Shown one piece after another: positions 39,025 to 48,850 of a DNA stretch of 64,000 nucleotides (within the stretch, counting starts at the first letter, position 1; each line of letters opens with the position of its first letter). The DNA is from Sulfolobales archaeon. GTDB lineage: Archaea > Thermoproteota > Thermoprotei_A > Sulfolobales > NBVN01. Below the pieces are notes generated by a model, which worked only from the letters and a program-made list of their open reading frames with translations, did no database searches and was not told the DNA's origin. The translations under genes and the position numbers were made by a program. The stretch is taken from the NCBI GenBank assembly GCA_038841535.1, contig JAWBTQ010000004.1, forward strand, positions 1-64,000, read 5' to 3'.

Positions 39025-39302
39025 CCTCTATACAAGAAAAGCTCTCGAACACTCATTAAGAAAACAACCTCTACAGTCGCTCGCAAACTGTGGTTCTATT
39101 TTGACTTTACAGGTAAGCTAGCCTAAACGCTTTCTTGTTCTAGACTGGCTACCACTCCCACGTAAGCAGGTGTTTTATTGTGAGGCAAGGGATTCATGCT
39201 CCGTGGGGGCGCGATTCAGCACTAAACATACTCTATGAAGAGAAAGAGAGTCAGAGCGAGGGGTGTTTTTATTAGTAAGACTCGATTAGTATGGGTTATT
39301 AA

Positions 39303-40172
39303 ATGACCAGCTCAGACTCTCTCCAGGTAGTAGGTGTTGAAGTTGCTGTTCTGGTCGACGATTACTCTGGGTTTACGAAGTTCTTAGCAGAGCATGGATT
39401 TAGTGTGCTGGTTTCTGTACTGTATGGTGGCGAAAGAGTGTTTAGAGTTCTCGTGGATACTGGTAGCTCCGGAGGTGTTCTCCTCAAGAACGCTTCATCA
39501 CTAGGGGTAAGCCTTGAGTCTGTAGACATAATTGTGTTATCTCACAGACACTATGACCACAGCGGAGGATTGGCTAAGCTAGTAAAGGCTGTAGGCAGTA
39601 AACCTGTAGTGGCTCACCCCGACGTACTCAAGCCTTGCTATAGCAAGTCTCACGGGTTCACTAGGTTTGATGTAGGTCTACCTCCTGCGGTCAGAAGATC
39701 TCTTCAAAGGCTTGAGTTAGTGCTAGCTAAAGAGCCTCTAGAACTAGCGCCGGGTGTTTGGTTTTTGGGTGAAGTAGATAGGTATTACGACAATAAGTAC
39801 GCTATAAAAAACTTTAAAACCATATCTGGTGGTGTTATAGTGGATGAGCCGCTTCTAGACGACACAGCTGTAGTAGTCAGCTTAGGTGAGAGAGTTATAG
39901 TAGTCGCAGGTTGCTCCCATTCTGGAGTAGCTAATATTGTTAAGCAAGCAAGAAGGTTAACAGGTGCTAAGGAGGTAGTAGTCCTAGGAGGCTTCCACTT
40001 AGCGAATGCTGACCCCGAGACCATAGCTAAAGTTGTAGAAGAGCTAGTTTACGAGGGTGTTGTCAACGTGTACGCAGGGCACTGTACTGGATTGAGAGGA
40101 GAGGCAAAGCTCTTGGAGAGATTTGGCGATAAAATGACTAAGATACACGCAGGCTATAGGTTAAGAGTCTAG
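39303..40172 (+). CDS. Metallo-beta-lactamase fold hydrolase
   Basis: AEHG, DTG, SHRHYDHSGG, GCSHSG, GGFH, HCTG. Confidence 0.9.
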   Translation: MTSSDSLQVVGVEVAVLVDDYSGFTKFLAEHGFSVLVSVLYGGERVFRVLVDTGSSGGVLLKNASSLGVSLESVDIIVLSHRHYDHSGGLAKLVKAVGSKPVVAHPDVLKPCYSKSHGFTRFDVGLPPAVRRSLQRLELVLAKEPLELAPGVWFLGEVDRYYDNKYAIKNFKTISGGVIVDEPLLDDTAVVVSLGERVIVVAGCSHSGVANIVKQARRLTGAKEVVVLGGFHLANADPETIAKVVEELVYEGVVNVYAGHCTGLRGEAKLLERFGDKMTKIHAGYRLRV

Positions 40173-40206
40173 TTGTGCCTGGAAGCTCCAGCTTTACTAG
40201 GATGAG

Positions 40207-40737
40207 CTAGTCTAAGAGTATCAAGGGGTCTCCAACATTTACGAAGTCTCCAGGTCTTACTCTCACTTCTTTTACTTTACCGCTCTTATCGCTAAAGATT
40301 TCTACCTCCATCTTCATCGACTCTAATGTAGCGACGAGCTTTCCGGGATTTACGGGATCCCCCGGATTAACCAAGACTTTCAGAACCTTACCCGGAATCG
40401 GGGAAGCTATAGCAGCACCGCCCGTAGCAGCTACTGGAGCCGTAGGTGCAGCTGTTGGAACTGCTGCCTTCAGCGTTATTCCAGCATCGGCTTCAGGCTT
40501 CTTGCTGCCTTCACCAGATGGAGGCTTGGTCTCAGTAGAGGAGGTCTTAAGTTCTGTAGGGCTAGTGGCACTCGTATTATGTTGAGGTCTTGCGGCAACC
40601 TGCCCGCTCTCTACGAACACGTCGAGCTCTGTGTCCTCTACTAGTACTCTAAATCTACCCTCTCCAATAGGTTTAACGAGCACGTTGTAGGTTCTGTCTT
40701 TAACCCTCACTACATAGCCGTACGGATACTCGCTCAT
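40207..40737 (-). CDS. Biotin carboxyl carrier protein (decarboxylase gamma-like)
   Basis: SPIPG, ESMKME biotinylation motif, Ala/Pro/Thr linker. Confidence 0.88.
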   Translation of the reverse strand: MSEYPYGYVVRVKDRTYNVLVKPIGEGRFRVLVEDTELDVFVESGQVAARPQHNTSATSPTELKTSSTETKPPSGEGSKKPEADAGITLKAAVPTAAPTAPVAATGGAAIASPIPGKVLKVLVNPGDPVNPGKLVATLESMKMEVEIFSDKSGKVKEVRVRPGDFVNVGDPLILLD

Positions 40738-40922
40738 TAGCTTCCGCCGTAAGTAACTATCAATCATAGCTTTTAAGTTTTGAAGAGAGCAAAGGAGCGG
40801 CTATTTGGTTGCTGGTTGAACCAGGATAGGTGTAATAAAGTTTTCGTGAAGTATTCAGTTTCGGTTACTAGATCTGAAACTCCACAGTACTCTTAATACA
40901 CAAATCAATAACTCGTTTGGGA

Positions 40923-42512
40923 ATGAAGTTGAGGATAGCTGTAGTAGATTGTCTTGCTACTAGTCCAACTGGTAAAAGAGTTTCTAGTGTTGACGTAATA
41001 GGGGCTGGTCCAAGGCTTGTAGTCGGTATTTTAAAGAAGCTCGGCGTAGATGTCTACCTATTCGAGTGTAATACTGCTTTAAAAGGTCCTATAGGTAGTC
41101 GGCAGGACTTTGACGCATTAATGGTTTCCGGAATGTCGGCAGATGTGGCCACTATGGGGATGGTCTTAAAGAAGTGGAAACACGTAGAATGGTCTATCGC
41201 TGGAGGTCCAGCTTGCGTTGATTACGAAGACCTTTTGAGGTTGGGGTTTAATGCCGTCGTCTGGGGTGAGGCAGAGATATCGCTTCCAAGCTTAGTTAAG
41301 GCCTTGAGAGCTGGTGACCTACGCGATGTTCCAAATCTGATATTTAGTGAAGAAGGCGGTAATATAGTTTCCAAAATAGTTGAGGATTACGCTCGGGAAC
41401 CTCTTCTCTGGTCTTTTACTCCCGACGTAGAGTCTGTAAAGAACTATAAGTACTATTGGGCGTGTAGAGTCTATGTAGAGACAGTTAGAGGCTGCAGTAA
41501 CTTCTACAGAACGACTTTACCAGTATTGTTACAAAACAAGACGGTTAAGTGTGAACACTGTGACATTTGTAGAACCAGCAACTTAGAGGAAAGATTGTCA
41601 TGCCCTCTAGGGATCCCACCAGGCTGCGGCTACTGCCTAGTTCCGAGACTACACGGTCCGGCAAGGTCTAGACCTGTAAACCAGATCGTGAAGGAGATCG
41701 AGGACCTTGTTGAACTCGGCGTCGTAAGGGTAGTGTTGAGTGCTCCCGACATATTAGACTACGGTCGGGACTGGCTTGTGAGACCTAAGCCGCTCACGGA
41801 CCCTAGGTACCCTCCTGCCAACATAGACGCCCTCGAACAGCTCTTGAGCGCTATATCCTCTATACCCGAAATAGAAAAAGGGAGGGCATACTTGATGGCT
41901 GAGAATGTGAAGCCGAACTTAGTTACAGAAGAAGTAGCAAAAGTGTTAGGAAGATACTTGCGGGGAAGTACCATAAACATAGGCTTAGAGACGGGAGACT
42001 GGGAGCACCACAAACAACTGGGGAGACCGTCTACTATTGAAGAAGTCTTAAGGGCTGTTAAGCTATTGAGAGATTCAGGCCTCGTACCCTACGTGTACGC
42101 TATTTACGGGCTGCCCGGGGAGAGTTGGAGAACAATCAGGAAAACTATAAAGGTTTTGAAGAAGGCTACTAAGCTTGGTGCTGAGAGAGTAATTCTATAC
42201 AGGTTCAGACCCCTTAAGGCCTCAGCTTTAGGAGGCTATCCTCCTCCACGCACTGATCCCAAGGGAAGGGCCCTCAAAAACTTCGTGAACACACTAGAGA
42301 TCTCGGCTAAGAAGAAACTCTTGGGGAAGAGCCTCAAAGTCGCAGTCGTAGATATCAGCGGAAAAGATGCCTACATTGGCTACACCTTACCCCACGGCCC
42401 TGTTGCTATAGTCAAAAGCCGTGAAGACCTGCGCGGCAAGGTTGTCGAAGTGTTAGTTCAAAAAGTTAGAAGAAGAGAGGTGGAGTGCGTTCCTAAAACA
42501 GTTGGTGTTTAG
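40923..42512 (+). CDS. B12-binding-like radical SAM protein with C-terminal TRAM-like domain
   Basis: GGP..GEAE, ETVRGC...GCGYC, RSR, IGLETG, GLPGE. Confidence 0.85.
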   Translation: MKLRIAVVDCLATSPTGKRVSSVDVIGAGPRLVVGILKKLGVDVYLFECNTALKGPIGSRQDFDALMVSGMSADVATMGMVLKKWKHVEWSIAGGPACVDYEDLLRLGFNAVVWGEAEISLPSLVKALRAGDLRDVPNLIFSEEGGNIVSKIVEDYAREPLLWSFTPDVESVKNYKYYWACRVYVETVRGCSNFYRTTLPVLLQNKTVKCEHCDICRTSNLEERLSCPLGIPPGCGYCLVPRLHGPARSRPVNQIVKEIEDLVELGVVRVVLSAPDILDYGRDWLVRPKPLTDPRYPPANIDALEQLLSAISSIPEIEKGRAYLMAENVKPNLVTEEVAKVLGRYLRGSTINIGLETGDWEHHKQLGRPSTIEEVLRAVKLLRDSGLVPYVYAIYGLPGESWRTIRKTIKVLKKATKLGAERVILYRFRPLKASALGGYPPPRTDPKGRALKNFVNTLEISAKKKLLGKSLKVAVVDISGKDAYIGYTLPHGPVAIVKSREDLRGKVVEVLVQKVRRREVECVPKTVGV

Positions 42513-42952
42513 CTGACTATGCACTACAACTATATAAACTAACTGGAGCTAGGACTTAAGTATAACAACTGGGAGTCTATGAGGGTATCCGACAGCCTGT
42601 TTAGTGCCATAGGTCGCTGTAGGTTGGCTTATGTGAGTCACGCATTGGCTCTGGGGTTCACAGTAGAGTACTAGCTATATCATAGTGGAGTAGTGGCACC
42701 AATCGAGCTCAGCAACTATGGGCAGCTCTAAAGTGAGAAAAGGGTTCCTGGGTGTCCCAGGAATACCGCTATACATAAAGCTCTTGAATAAGCCACCTTC
42801 CAGGCGAAAGGAAAAGAGTCTTCAGAGCAGAAGGATAGTGTCTTAACGCATATCTGCCTCCTTAAATGCGATATTTCGACAGTAGCTTACTCTCTTAAGC
42901 GAGTGATAACTAAGTTTTAACATATTAACTCACTTGCGAACTACCTAAGTGA

Positions 42953-43003
42953 GTGATGAAGCCGCTCCAAGAGCAGATCTGTGACGACCTCGCGACGATC
43001 TGA
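42953..43003 (+). ncRNA. C/D box methylation-guide sRNA
   Basis: C GTGATGA, guide, D' CAGA, C' GTGACGA, guide CCTCGCGACGAT, D CTGA. Confidence 0.85.
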
Positions 43004-43401
43004 AAATAACTAACCGGTAACTTCCCGCTGTTTTATTACCCATATCTATTTTAGCCGATTTTTGTTTTCCTTTATCGTCCTAGGTAGTTCGAGAACAGTT
43101 TCGAGTCCAGGACAACGAGTTCTACTTAAGAAATTGTGACCGGTAGAGATAAGTAAGTGGCGTGTACTGGTAGGACAAAGTCGAACAATTCCGGAAGCAA
43201 CGCCTTCGTCATACATTCAATATACACGAAAGCCTTGTAGAATTGTTTCTGGTTTGTAGTGATTGATGCTACTCTCGGTAATGCGTTAGAGGCACCTATA
43301 AACGTCTCTCTATAAAATGAAGCCTCTTGATGAGCGTGCAAGAGCTCGTAGGGGAGCTGAGAATCGGGCTCCCCCGAGAGCAGCCACTGAAGTCGGTCAC
43401 A

Positions 43402-43525
43402 CAAAATGTGGGGTGCTAGGGGTCGCCCCGAACGCTCCCGAGCCCGATGAGAACCCGAGCGGGATGCGGGGGAAGAGGATGAGGAGATGAAACAACAAAT
43501 ACGAACCTATATCAGAGCTGAACCC
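43402..43525 (+). mobile_element. IS200/IS605 tnpB right-end/omega-RNA-like remnant, copy D
   Basis: AAAATGTGGGGTGC..CCCCGAACGC..CCCGATGA..GATGCGGGGGAA..GATGAAA..GAGCTGAACCC. Confidence 0.75.
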
Positions 43526-44617
43526 CTATAAAACTACCTCTCCCTCATTCCAAACGCTTTCACTTATCTCTTTATATGGTAAGATATAATTGCGCTTGTT
43601 TATGAACACCTCATCGGCTATGCTCACTTGATCTCCTATTATCGTTCCACTCTCTATTCTAACCCAATTACCTATTGAGCAGCTTTCTCCGACTACGGAG
43701 TTCTTTATATACGTAGAAAAGCCTATTTTACTACCCTTCATTACGACAGAGCCCCTAACCATAGAAAAGTCGCCAACTGATACTTGGTCAAGCAAAACGG
43801 TGTTTGGTCCTATGATGCTACCTTTACCTACAATAACCTCGTTACCTATGTATGCTGGCCCCACAACTTCCCCTCGAATATCCGAAGCTCTCGATATGAA
43901 CCCGCTTGGATAGAGAGTATTGAGTGCGACAATGTTAGCTTTAAGGTAGTCTTCAGGGATGCCTATGTCAAACCATATTCCCTCGTGAATATACGCATAG
44001 ACTCTCCCGACCTTCAGCACTTTAGGCATGAGGTCTACGGAGATCTTCTGCTTTTTACCATCATCGACGTACTTAAGAATCTCGGGTTCAAATACGTACA
44101 CACCAGCATTAGCGAGGTTTGACTGAGGTCTATATGTAGGCTTCTCAACGAAGTTTACTACTCTACCTTCTCCATTGACACTAAGAATTCCGTATCTCTC
44201 CGGGCTATCTACTCGCACAGCAGTTAAGGTCATTAAGGCATTCTTGATTTTGTGAAGCTCTACCACCATGCGCACGTCGACATCCGAAAACACGTCTCCG
44301 TAGAGTACGAGAAAGGTCTCACTCAACCCTATCTTTTTGTCTACGAGCTTCAGGGGCCCAGCGTCACCGAGCGGGTGCTCTTCCTCTACGTACTCTATAG
44401 CCACACCTAACTCACCCCCATCTCCCAGGAGGTCAACTATCTGGTTAGACATGTACTTAACGGATATTATTAGCTCACGCACACCAGCTTTCTTAAGGCT
44501 GTCGATAAGCCAGAGGATTAGAGGTCGTCCGAGGATGGGTAGGAGAGGTTTAGGTCTAGTAAGGGTTAGTGGCCTCAATCTGGTAGCATAACCACCTGCG
44601 AGTAATACGGCCTTCAT
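43526..44617 (-). CDS. NDP-sugar pyrophosphorylase (mannose-1-phosphate guanylyltransferase-like)
   Basis: LAGGYATRLRPLT..RPKP, FVEKP, WFDIG, C-terminal beta-helix. Confidence 0.93.
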   Translation of the reverse strand: MKAVLLAGGYATRLRPLTLTRPKPLLPILGRPLILWLIDSLKKAGVRELIISVKYMSNQIVDLLGDGGELGVAIEYVEEEHPLGDAGPLKLVDKKIGLSETFLVLYGDVFSDVDVRMVVELHKIKNALMTLTAVRVDSPERYGILSVNGEGRVVNFVEKPTYRPQSNLANAGVYVFEPEILKYVDDGKKQKISVDLMPKVLKVGRVYAYIHEGIWFDIGIPEDYLKANIVALNTLYPSGFISRASDIRGEVVGPAYIGNEVIVGKGSIIGPNTVLLDQVSVGDFSMVRGSVVMKGSKIGFSTYIKNSVVGESCSIGNWVRIESGTIIGDQVSIADEVFINKRNYILPYKEISESVWNEGEVVL

Positions 44618-44783
44618 CACACCCCCATCTCCAGTACTAGAATATTGTAAATAAGTTTACTCTCCCTATTTAAGTATACATGCTACTACGAACACTATTG
44701 GTAGATTAGTAATACTTTAAGACAAACTTAAGTAGTTAATATTTAAATACTGGTAAAACTCAATAGTATGTAGGTGTCTCTAA

Positions 44784-45026
44784 GTGAAACCTAAAGAGAC
44801 ACTTGGAGTTATTATTAGTGTGATAGCCATCATCTTAATTCTATACGAGTTGCTGTACGTTAACCTAATGGCAGGCTCTATAGGCGTAAAGGGGGCTATA
44901 ACGAATGACGCTATTCTCATATCGTTAGGCTTTCTACTTATCCTAATAGGTCCCTGGCTGTGGCTCGGAGAAGTACCAGTTGCTGTGAAAAAGCTTATTG
45001 AGGCAAAAACCGGTAGAAAGCTCTGA
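44784..45026 (+). CDS. Small 2-TM membrane protein, first gene of the cstA operon
   Basis: Two hydrophobic segments, GGTG SD, coupled to cstA. Confidence 0.7.
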   Translation: MKPKETLGVIISVIAIILILYELLYVNLMAGSIGVKGAITNDAILISLGFLLILIGPWLWLGEVPVAVKKLIEAKTGRKL

Positions 45027-45036
45027 GGTGGGATGC

Positions 45037-46845
45037 GTGTACCCCATTCTAATACTATTAGTCGTCTTATTGATATATGGAGTAGCCTACGTGCTTTACG
45101 GAAAGAACCTCCTTGAGAGAAGGATCGTTAAGGCCGACCCAAGCAGACTGACACCGGCGTATGAGAAATTCGATGGAGTAGATTACGTTCCAGCAAATAA
45201 GTACGTGCTCTACGGTCACCACTTTGCTTCCATCGCTGGAGCTGGACCTATAGTAGGACCCGCAACCGCGCTTGCCTGGGGCTGGTTCCTCCCGCTGCTA
45301 TGGGTTCTCTTCGGAAACATCTTCATTGGGGCAGTTCACGACTACACGGCACTAATGGCTAGCGTTAGACACGGCGGTATATCCATAATGACCATCTCGG
45401 AAAACGTTATGGGTAGGAAAGCTAGGTACATCTTCCTAGCATACGTGTGGTTTGCTCTAATACTGGTTCTCGCAGCATTCCTTAGTGTGGCATCAGCTAC
45501 CTATGTTGATGTGCCTACAGCAGCTACTTTGGCGATAATATACATGCCCATAGCCCTACTCTTCGGCATACTAGTGTATAAAGTAGGTATCAACGTAAAA
45601 TACGCCACGGTAATAGCTCTTGCTTTAGTTGTAGCTGGTATAGCTTACTCCTTTTACGCACCTACACACTTAACATACGAAGGTTGGGTTGTCGTACTAG
45701 CCCTCTATTCCATAATCGCCGCGGCTTTACCTGTATGGTACTTGCTCCAACCTAGAGACTACTTAAACGCTTACTTGCTCTGGTCTTTCGTAATACTAGC
45801 TATTATAGCTCCTCTGCTACTTCCAGTTATTAGGTTTACCGGTCCTCCAATAGTGAGCTTCGTAGCTAAGGGAGGAGTTATAGGGGCGCCAACAGGAACA
45901 CCACCATCTGGAGCATATATAGCGTGGTTCTGGCCTACAGTACCGCTAACCATAGCATGCGGCGCTCTATCGGGGTTCCACTCAGTTGTTGGCTCTGGAA
46001 CCACATCAAAGCAGCTTTCCAACGAGCTCGATGCGTTGCTAGTAGGATACGGTGGCATGCTAACCGAGGGAGCTGTCTCATCACTAGCAGTAATACTCCC
46101 AGCTGCCTTAGTGTGGGATTTCGCTGCTGTAGCACAAAGTGCCGGCTTATCGGCAAACTTACTGCTTAAGGCAGGTTTAAACCTAACCGCTACACCTAAC
46201 ATACTAAGTTTTACTGGAGCAGCTAGGTTCTACACAGCTTACGGGTTCGCTCAAGCTCTCGCCTGGTCGAGACTCATGGGTGTGGAGCTATTCCCACAGC
46301 TATTCATAGGGTTTAGAACGTTCGCGGCGTGGGCACTAACGTCGTTTGTTCTAACGACGCTAGATACATCAAATAGGTTAGCTAGGTTTGCGTGGGTAGA
46401 GATGTTCGACTGGCTTAAGGTGAGCAGTCCAACTACCTACCGGATCCTGGCGAACAGGTGGGTTGCAGCGATCATTCCAGTCATCCTCGGAGCCGTAATG
46501 GCCTACCCGACGATCCCGGGTATTGGTAGAGCGTACCTAGTCTTGTGGCCTGCGTTCGCCGGAACTAACCAGTTACTGGCAGCACTAGCTCTACTCACAT
46601 CCACGTTATGGGTCTACGCAGTACTAAAGGTGAGGGGAGCGCCAAGCCTCTTGATGCTACTGCCCGCAATGTTCCTGTGGGTCACAGTTACGCTAGCCCT
46701 CATAATCTGGCTCGTCCTCATAGTGCCGTACCTACCGTTACTATACATACTCGGTACTGGAGTAATCGTAGCTGTATCTGTAGGACTAGACTTTCTCTTA
46801 ATAGCCCTCTTTGTTAGAGGACTGATGGCCGCGAGGAGCATGTAA
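45037..46845 (+). CDS. cstA: Carbon starvation protein A (CstA) family transporter
   Basis: DGVDYVP, GHHFASIAGAGPIVGP, LLQPRDY, IACGALSGFHS, GYGGML.E. Confidence 0.95.
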   Translation: MYPILILLVVLLIYGVAYVLYGKNLLERRIVKADPSRLTPAYEKFDGVDYVPANKYVLYGHHFASIAGAGPIVGPATALAWGWFLPLLWVLFGNIFIGAVHDYTALMASVRHGGISIMTISENVMGRKARYIFLAYVWFALILVLAAFLSVASATYVDVPTAATLAIIYMPIALLFGILVYKVGINVKYATVIALALVVAGIAYSFYAPTHLTYEGWVVVLALYSIIAAALPVWYLLQPRDYLNAYLLWSFVILAIIAPLLLPVIRFTGPPIVSFVAKGGVIGAPTGTPPSGAYIAWFWPTVPLTIACGALSGFHSVVGSGTTSKQLSNELDALLVGYGGMLTEGAVSSLAVILPAALVWDFAAVAQSAGLSANLLLKAGLNLTATPNILSFTGAARFYTAYGFAQALAWSRLMGVELFPQLFIGFRTFAAWALTSFVLTTLDTSNRLARFAWVEMFDWLKVSSPTTYRILANRWVAAIIPVILGAVMAYPTIPGIGRAYLVLWPAFAGTNQLLAALALLTSTLWVYAVLKVRGAPSLLMLLPAMFLWVTVTLALIIWLVLIVPYLPLLYILGTGVIVAVSVGLDFLLIALFVRGLMAARSM

Positions 46846-46926
46846 TCTTAAACCTTTTTGCTTTCTTAGTAATTCACAAATTCTTTTAAGCTTTCGTTCA
46901 GCAATATTTTAGGAGATGTCTTAATA

Positions 46927-47220
46927 ATGTCGGACACTGTGAGAAAAGCAGTTACCGAGTTAGTGAAGTTCATTAAGGGCGTTAGACAGGCTCTAGTAGA
47001 AGGGAGTGTGAGTGCTCTTGAAGAAGAGTTCATTGAGCTAGAGAGTGCCTACCTCTTACTAGTTTTAGGGCCTCTCGTCGGTGTAAAGACTATTACCCCA
47101 CTACTTAGTCTAGAGCTACTTGAGCCACTATCTGCGGAGTTAAGAATACTAGAGAGTAGGGCGTTTAAAGGCGAAGACGTCTTAGCTGATTTAATGGCAG
47201 CACTTGGAGGAGAGTGGTGA
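46927..47220 (+). CDS. Small CstA/ArsA-associated protein
   Basis: LEEE..ELE..YLLLVLG.LVG pattern; lies between cstA and the ArsA-like gene. Confidence 0.65.
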   Translation: MSDTVRKAVTELVKFIKGVRQALVEGSVSALEEEFIELESAYLLLVLGPLVGVKTITPLLSLELLEPLSAELRILESRAFKGEDVLADLMAALGGEW

Positions 47221-48167
47221 TGAGTTTAGCCGAAGCACTTGAGCCACTCAATTGCTGTCCTCACTTAGTTGTAGTAATAGGTAAGGGAGGTGTGGGTAAG
47301 ACTACGTTGTCTATATTGATTGCGATGGAGCTAAATCGCCGAGGTAAAACTCTGTTGCTGAGTCTAGACCCGGCGAAACACTTAACTAAGTACCTAGGCC
47401 TCTCAGGAGAAGGTGTCGAGGAGGTTAAGAATTGCTTCCACGCTATGCAGATCTCTGTAGAGAAGGAAGTGAGTAAGTTAACATCCAAGTATGCAGGGCT
47501 TCTTCGGGAGCTTATGCCGTCTCTCGTGGTACTGAATCTAGATAACGTAGTCAGCGCCATAAAGTACACTCCAGGTGTTGAGGAGGAGATCTTACTCAGA
47601 AAGTTAGAGGAGGTGTTAAGGAGTGAGTACCACTACATCGTGGTAGATACTCCCCCTACTGGCGTCACACTCCGAACTCTTATCTTACCCAGGCTCTACC
47701 TCACTTGGTTGAGTAAACTAATCGAGATTAGAGAGAGGATAGTCTCTCTACGTTACGTGATATCTAGGACCTTGGGAAGAAGCGTAGATGTTCGGGATAG
47801 AGCGCTACTCAAGCTATACGATATGCGTGAAGAGTTTAAGCTTCTCGACTCGGCACTCCGCTCGGACGCTAGAACGTCATACGTTATAGTGTCTACGCCG
47901 GAACCCCTACCAATGTACGAACTCAAGGAGACCTACGAATTCCTCAGGAACAACCTAGGGGTAAGGCCTAAGCTTCTTGTGCTTAACAAAGTACTGTCAG
48001 ATGACTTAGCTTCCGAGCTGGGTCAGCTGAAGATGCAACAGGACTTCCTTAACGAACTCAAGAGTTTCGGTATTAACTATGCTGTAATAGAGCACCTAAA
48101 GAAGCCTACCGAGAGCGTATCTGACCTCGAATTGCTAAAGAGAAAGATAAGGGTGTTCAAGCAGTGA
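47220..48167 (+). CDS. ArsA/Get3-family ATPase (single domain)
   Basis: GKGGVGKTT, SLDPA, PG.EE, DTPPTG. Confidence 0.9.
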   Translation: MSLAEALEPLNCCPHLVVVIGKGGVGKTTLSILIAMELNRRGKTLLLSLDPAKHLTKYLGLSGEGVEEVKNCFHAMQISVEKEVSKLTSKYAGLLRELMPSLVVLNLDNVVSAIKYTPGVEEEILLRKLEEVLRSEYHYIVVDTPPTGVTLRTLILPRLYLTWLSKLIEIRERIVSLRYVISRTLGRSVDVRDRALLKLYDMREEFKLLDSALRSDARTSYVIVSTPEPLPMYELKETYEFLRNNLGVRPKLLVLNKVLSDDLASELGQLKMQQDFLNELKSFGINYAVIEHLKKPTESVSDLELLKRKIRVFKQ

Positions 48168-48826
48168 CGGTATTGGCCGACCTTATAATCATAGCTTTTC
48201 TGTCCTTCCTCGCAGTAGCTTCAGTAACTTGGTATTTTAGGATGAGGCGGAAAACTCTGGTGCTAACCAAGAGAGTAACGGAGGAGCTAGAAAAGGTGTT
48301 TAAACCCGTAGATAAAACGTACGTTCTATTGGGCTATCTTGTTGGCTACAGAGCTAAGTACGAGCTAGAGAATGGCGATAGAGTGTACATACTATTTACT
48401 ACAGCCCCTAGGCACTCGATCCTCTACTACCCTATAGCGAAAGCTCTCAAGAGAACAGATAGAATAGAGATAGCTATAGAGAACTCTAAACGTTATGTAG
48501 CGAGAGACCTTCATGCAGTTGCTTTGAGCGACAGCAGGCTGCTTAATATTTTGCTTAGAGATCTCGGTTCGAAAAAAGAGGTGATATCTAAGCGAGCTAT
48601 TGAGACGTCCAGGGGTGAGTACATGGTCTATTACGAGGACTCGGGTGACATAGAGCTTGTGAAGAGGTTTATCGATTCGGTGGAGTTGAATATATACAGA
48701 TTATCAGCTTTTACTAGAAATAACTTAGTTGAACTAGTTGCTGAGATACGGGAAGACTCTGTCCAGAGTTTGGTTAGAGCACTAAGAGAGCTGAATAGAT
48801 ACGTAACTAAGAGTAGCAGTCAGTAA
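48164..48826 (+). CDS. Membrane-anchored hypothetical protein
   Basis: N-terminal TM helix, P.DK.Y..LGY.VGY.A.Y; GTGA overlap with the ArsA-like gene. Confidence 0.7.
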   Translation: MTVLADLIIIAFLSFLAVASVTWYFRMRRKTLVLTKRVTEELEKVFKPVDKTYVLLGYLVGYRAKYELENGDRVYILFTTAPRHSILYYPIAKALKRTDRIEIAIENSKRYVARDLHAVALSDSRLLNILLRDLGSKKEVISKRAIETSRGEYMVYYEDSGDIELVKRFIDSVELNIYRLSAFTRNNLVELVAEIREDSVQSLVRALRELNRYVTKSSSQ

Positions 48827-48850
48827 GAGCAGGTAGATCCAGCTTCTCAA

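Noticed and set aside
39117-39150. AGCCTAAAC resembling the element left end
   Set aside because: The hairpin and downstream sequence do not match the family.
42579-42846. Possible pseudogene and the TTCCTGGG/CCCAGGAA inverted repeat
   Set aside because: No family could be recognised and the single hairpin is uninformative.
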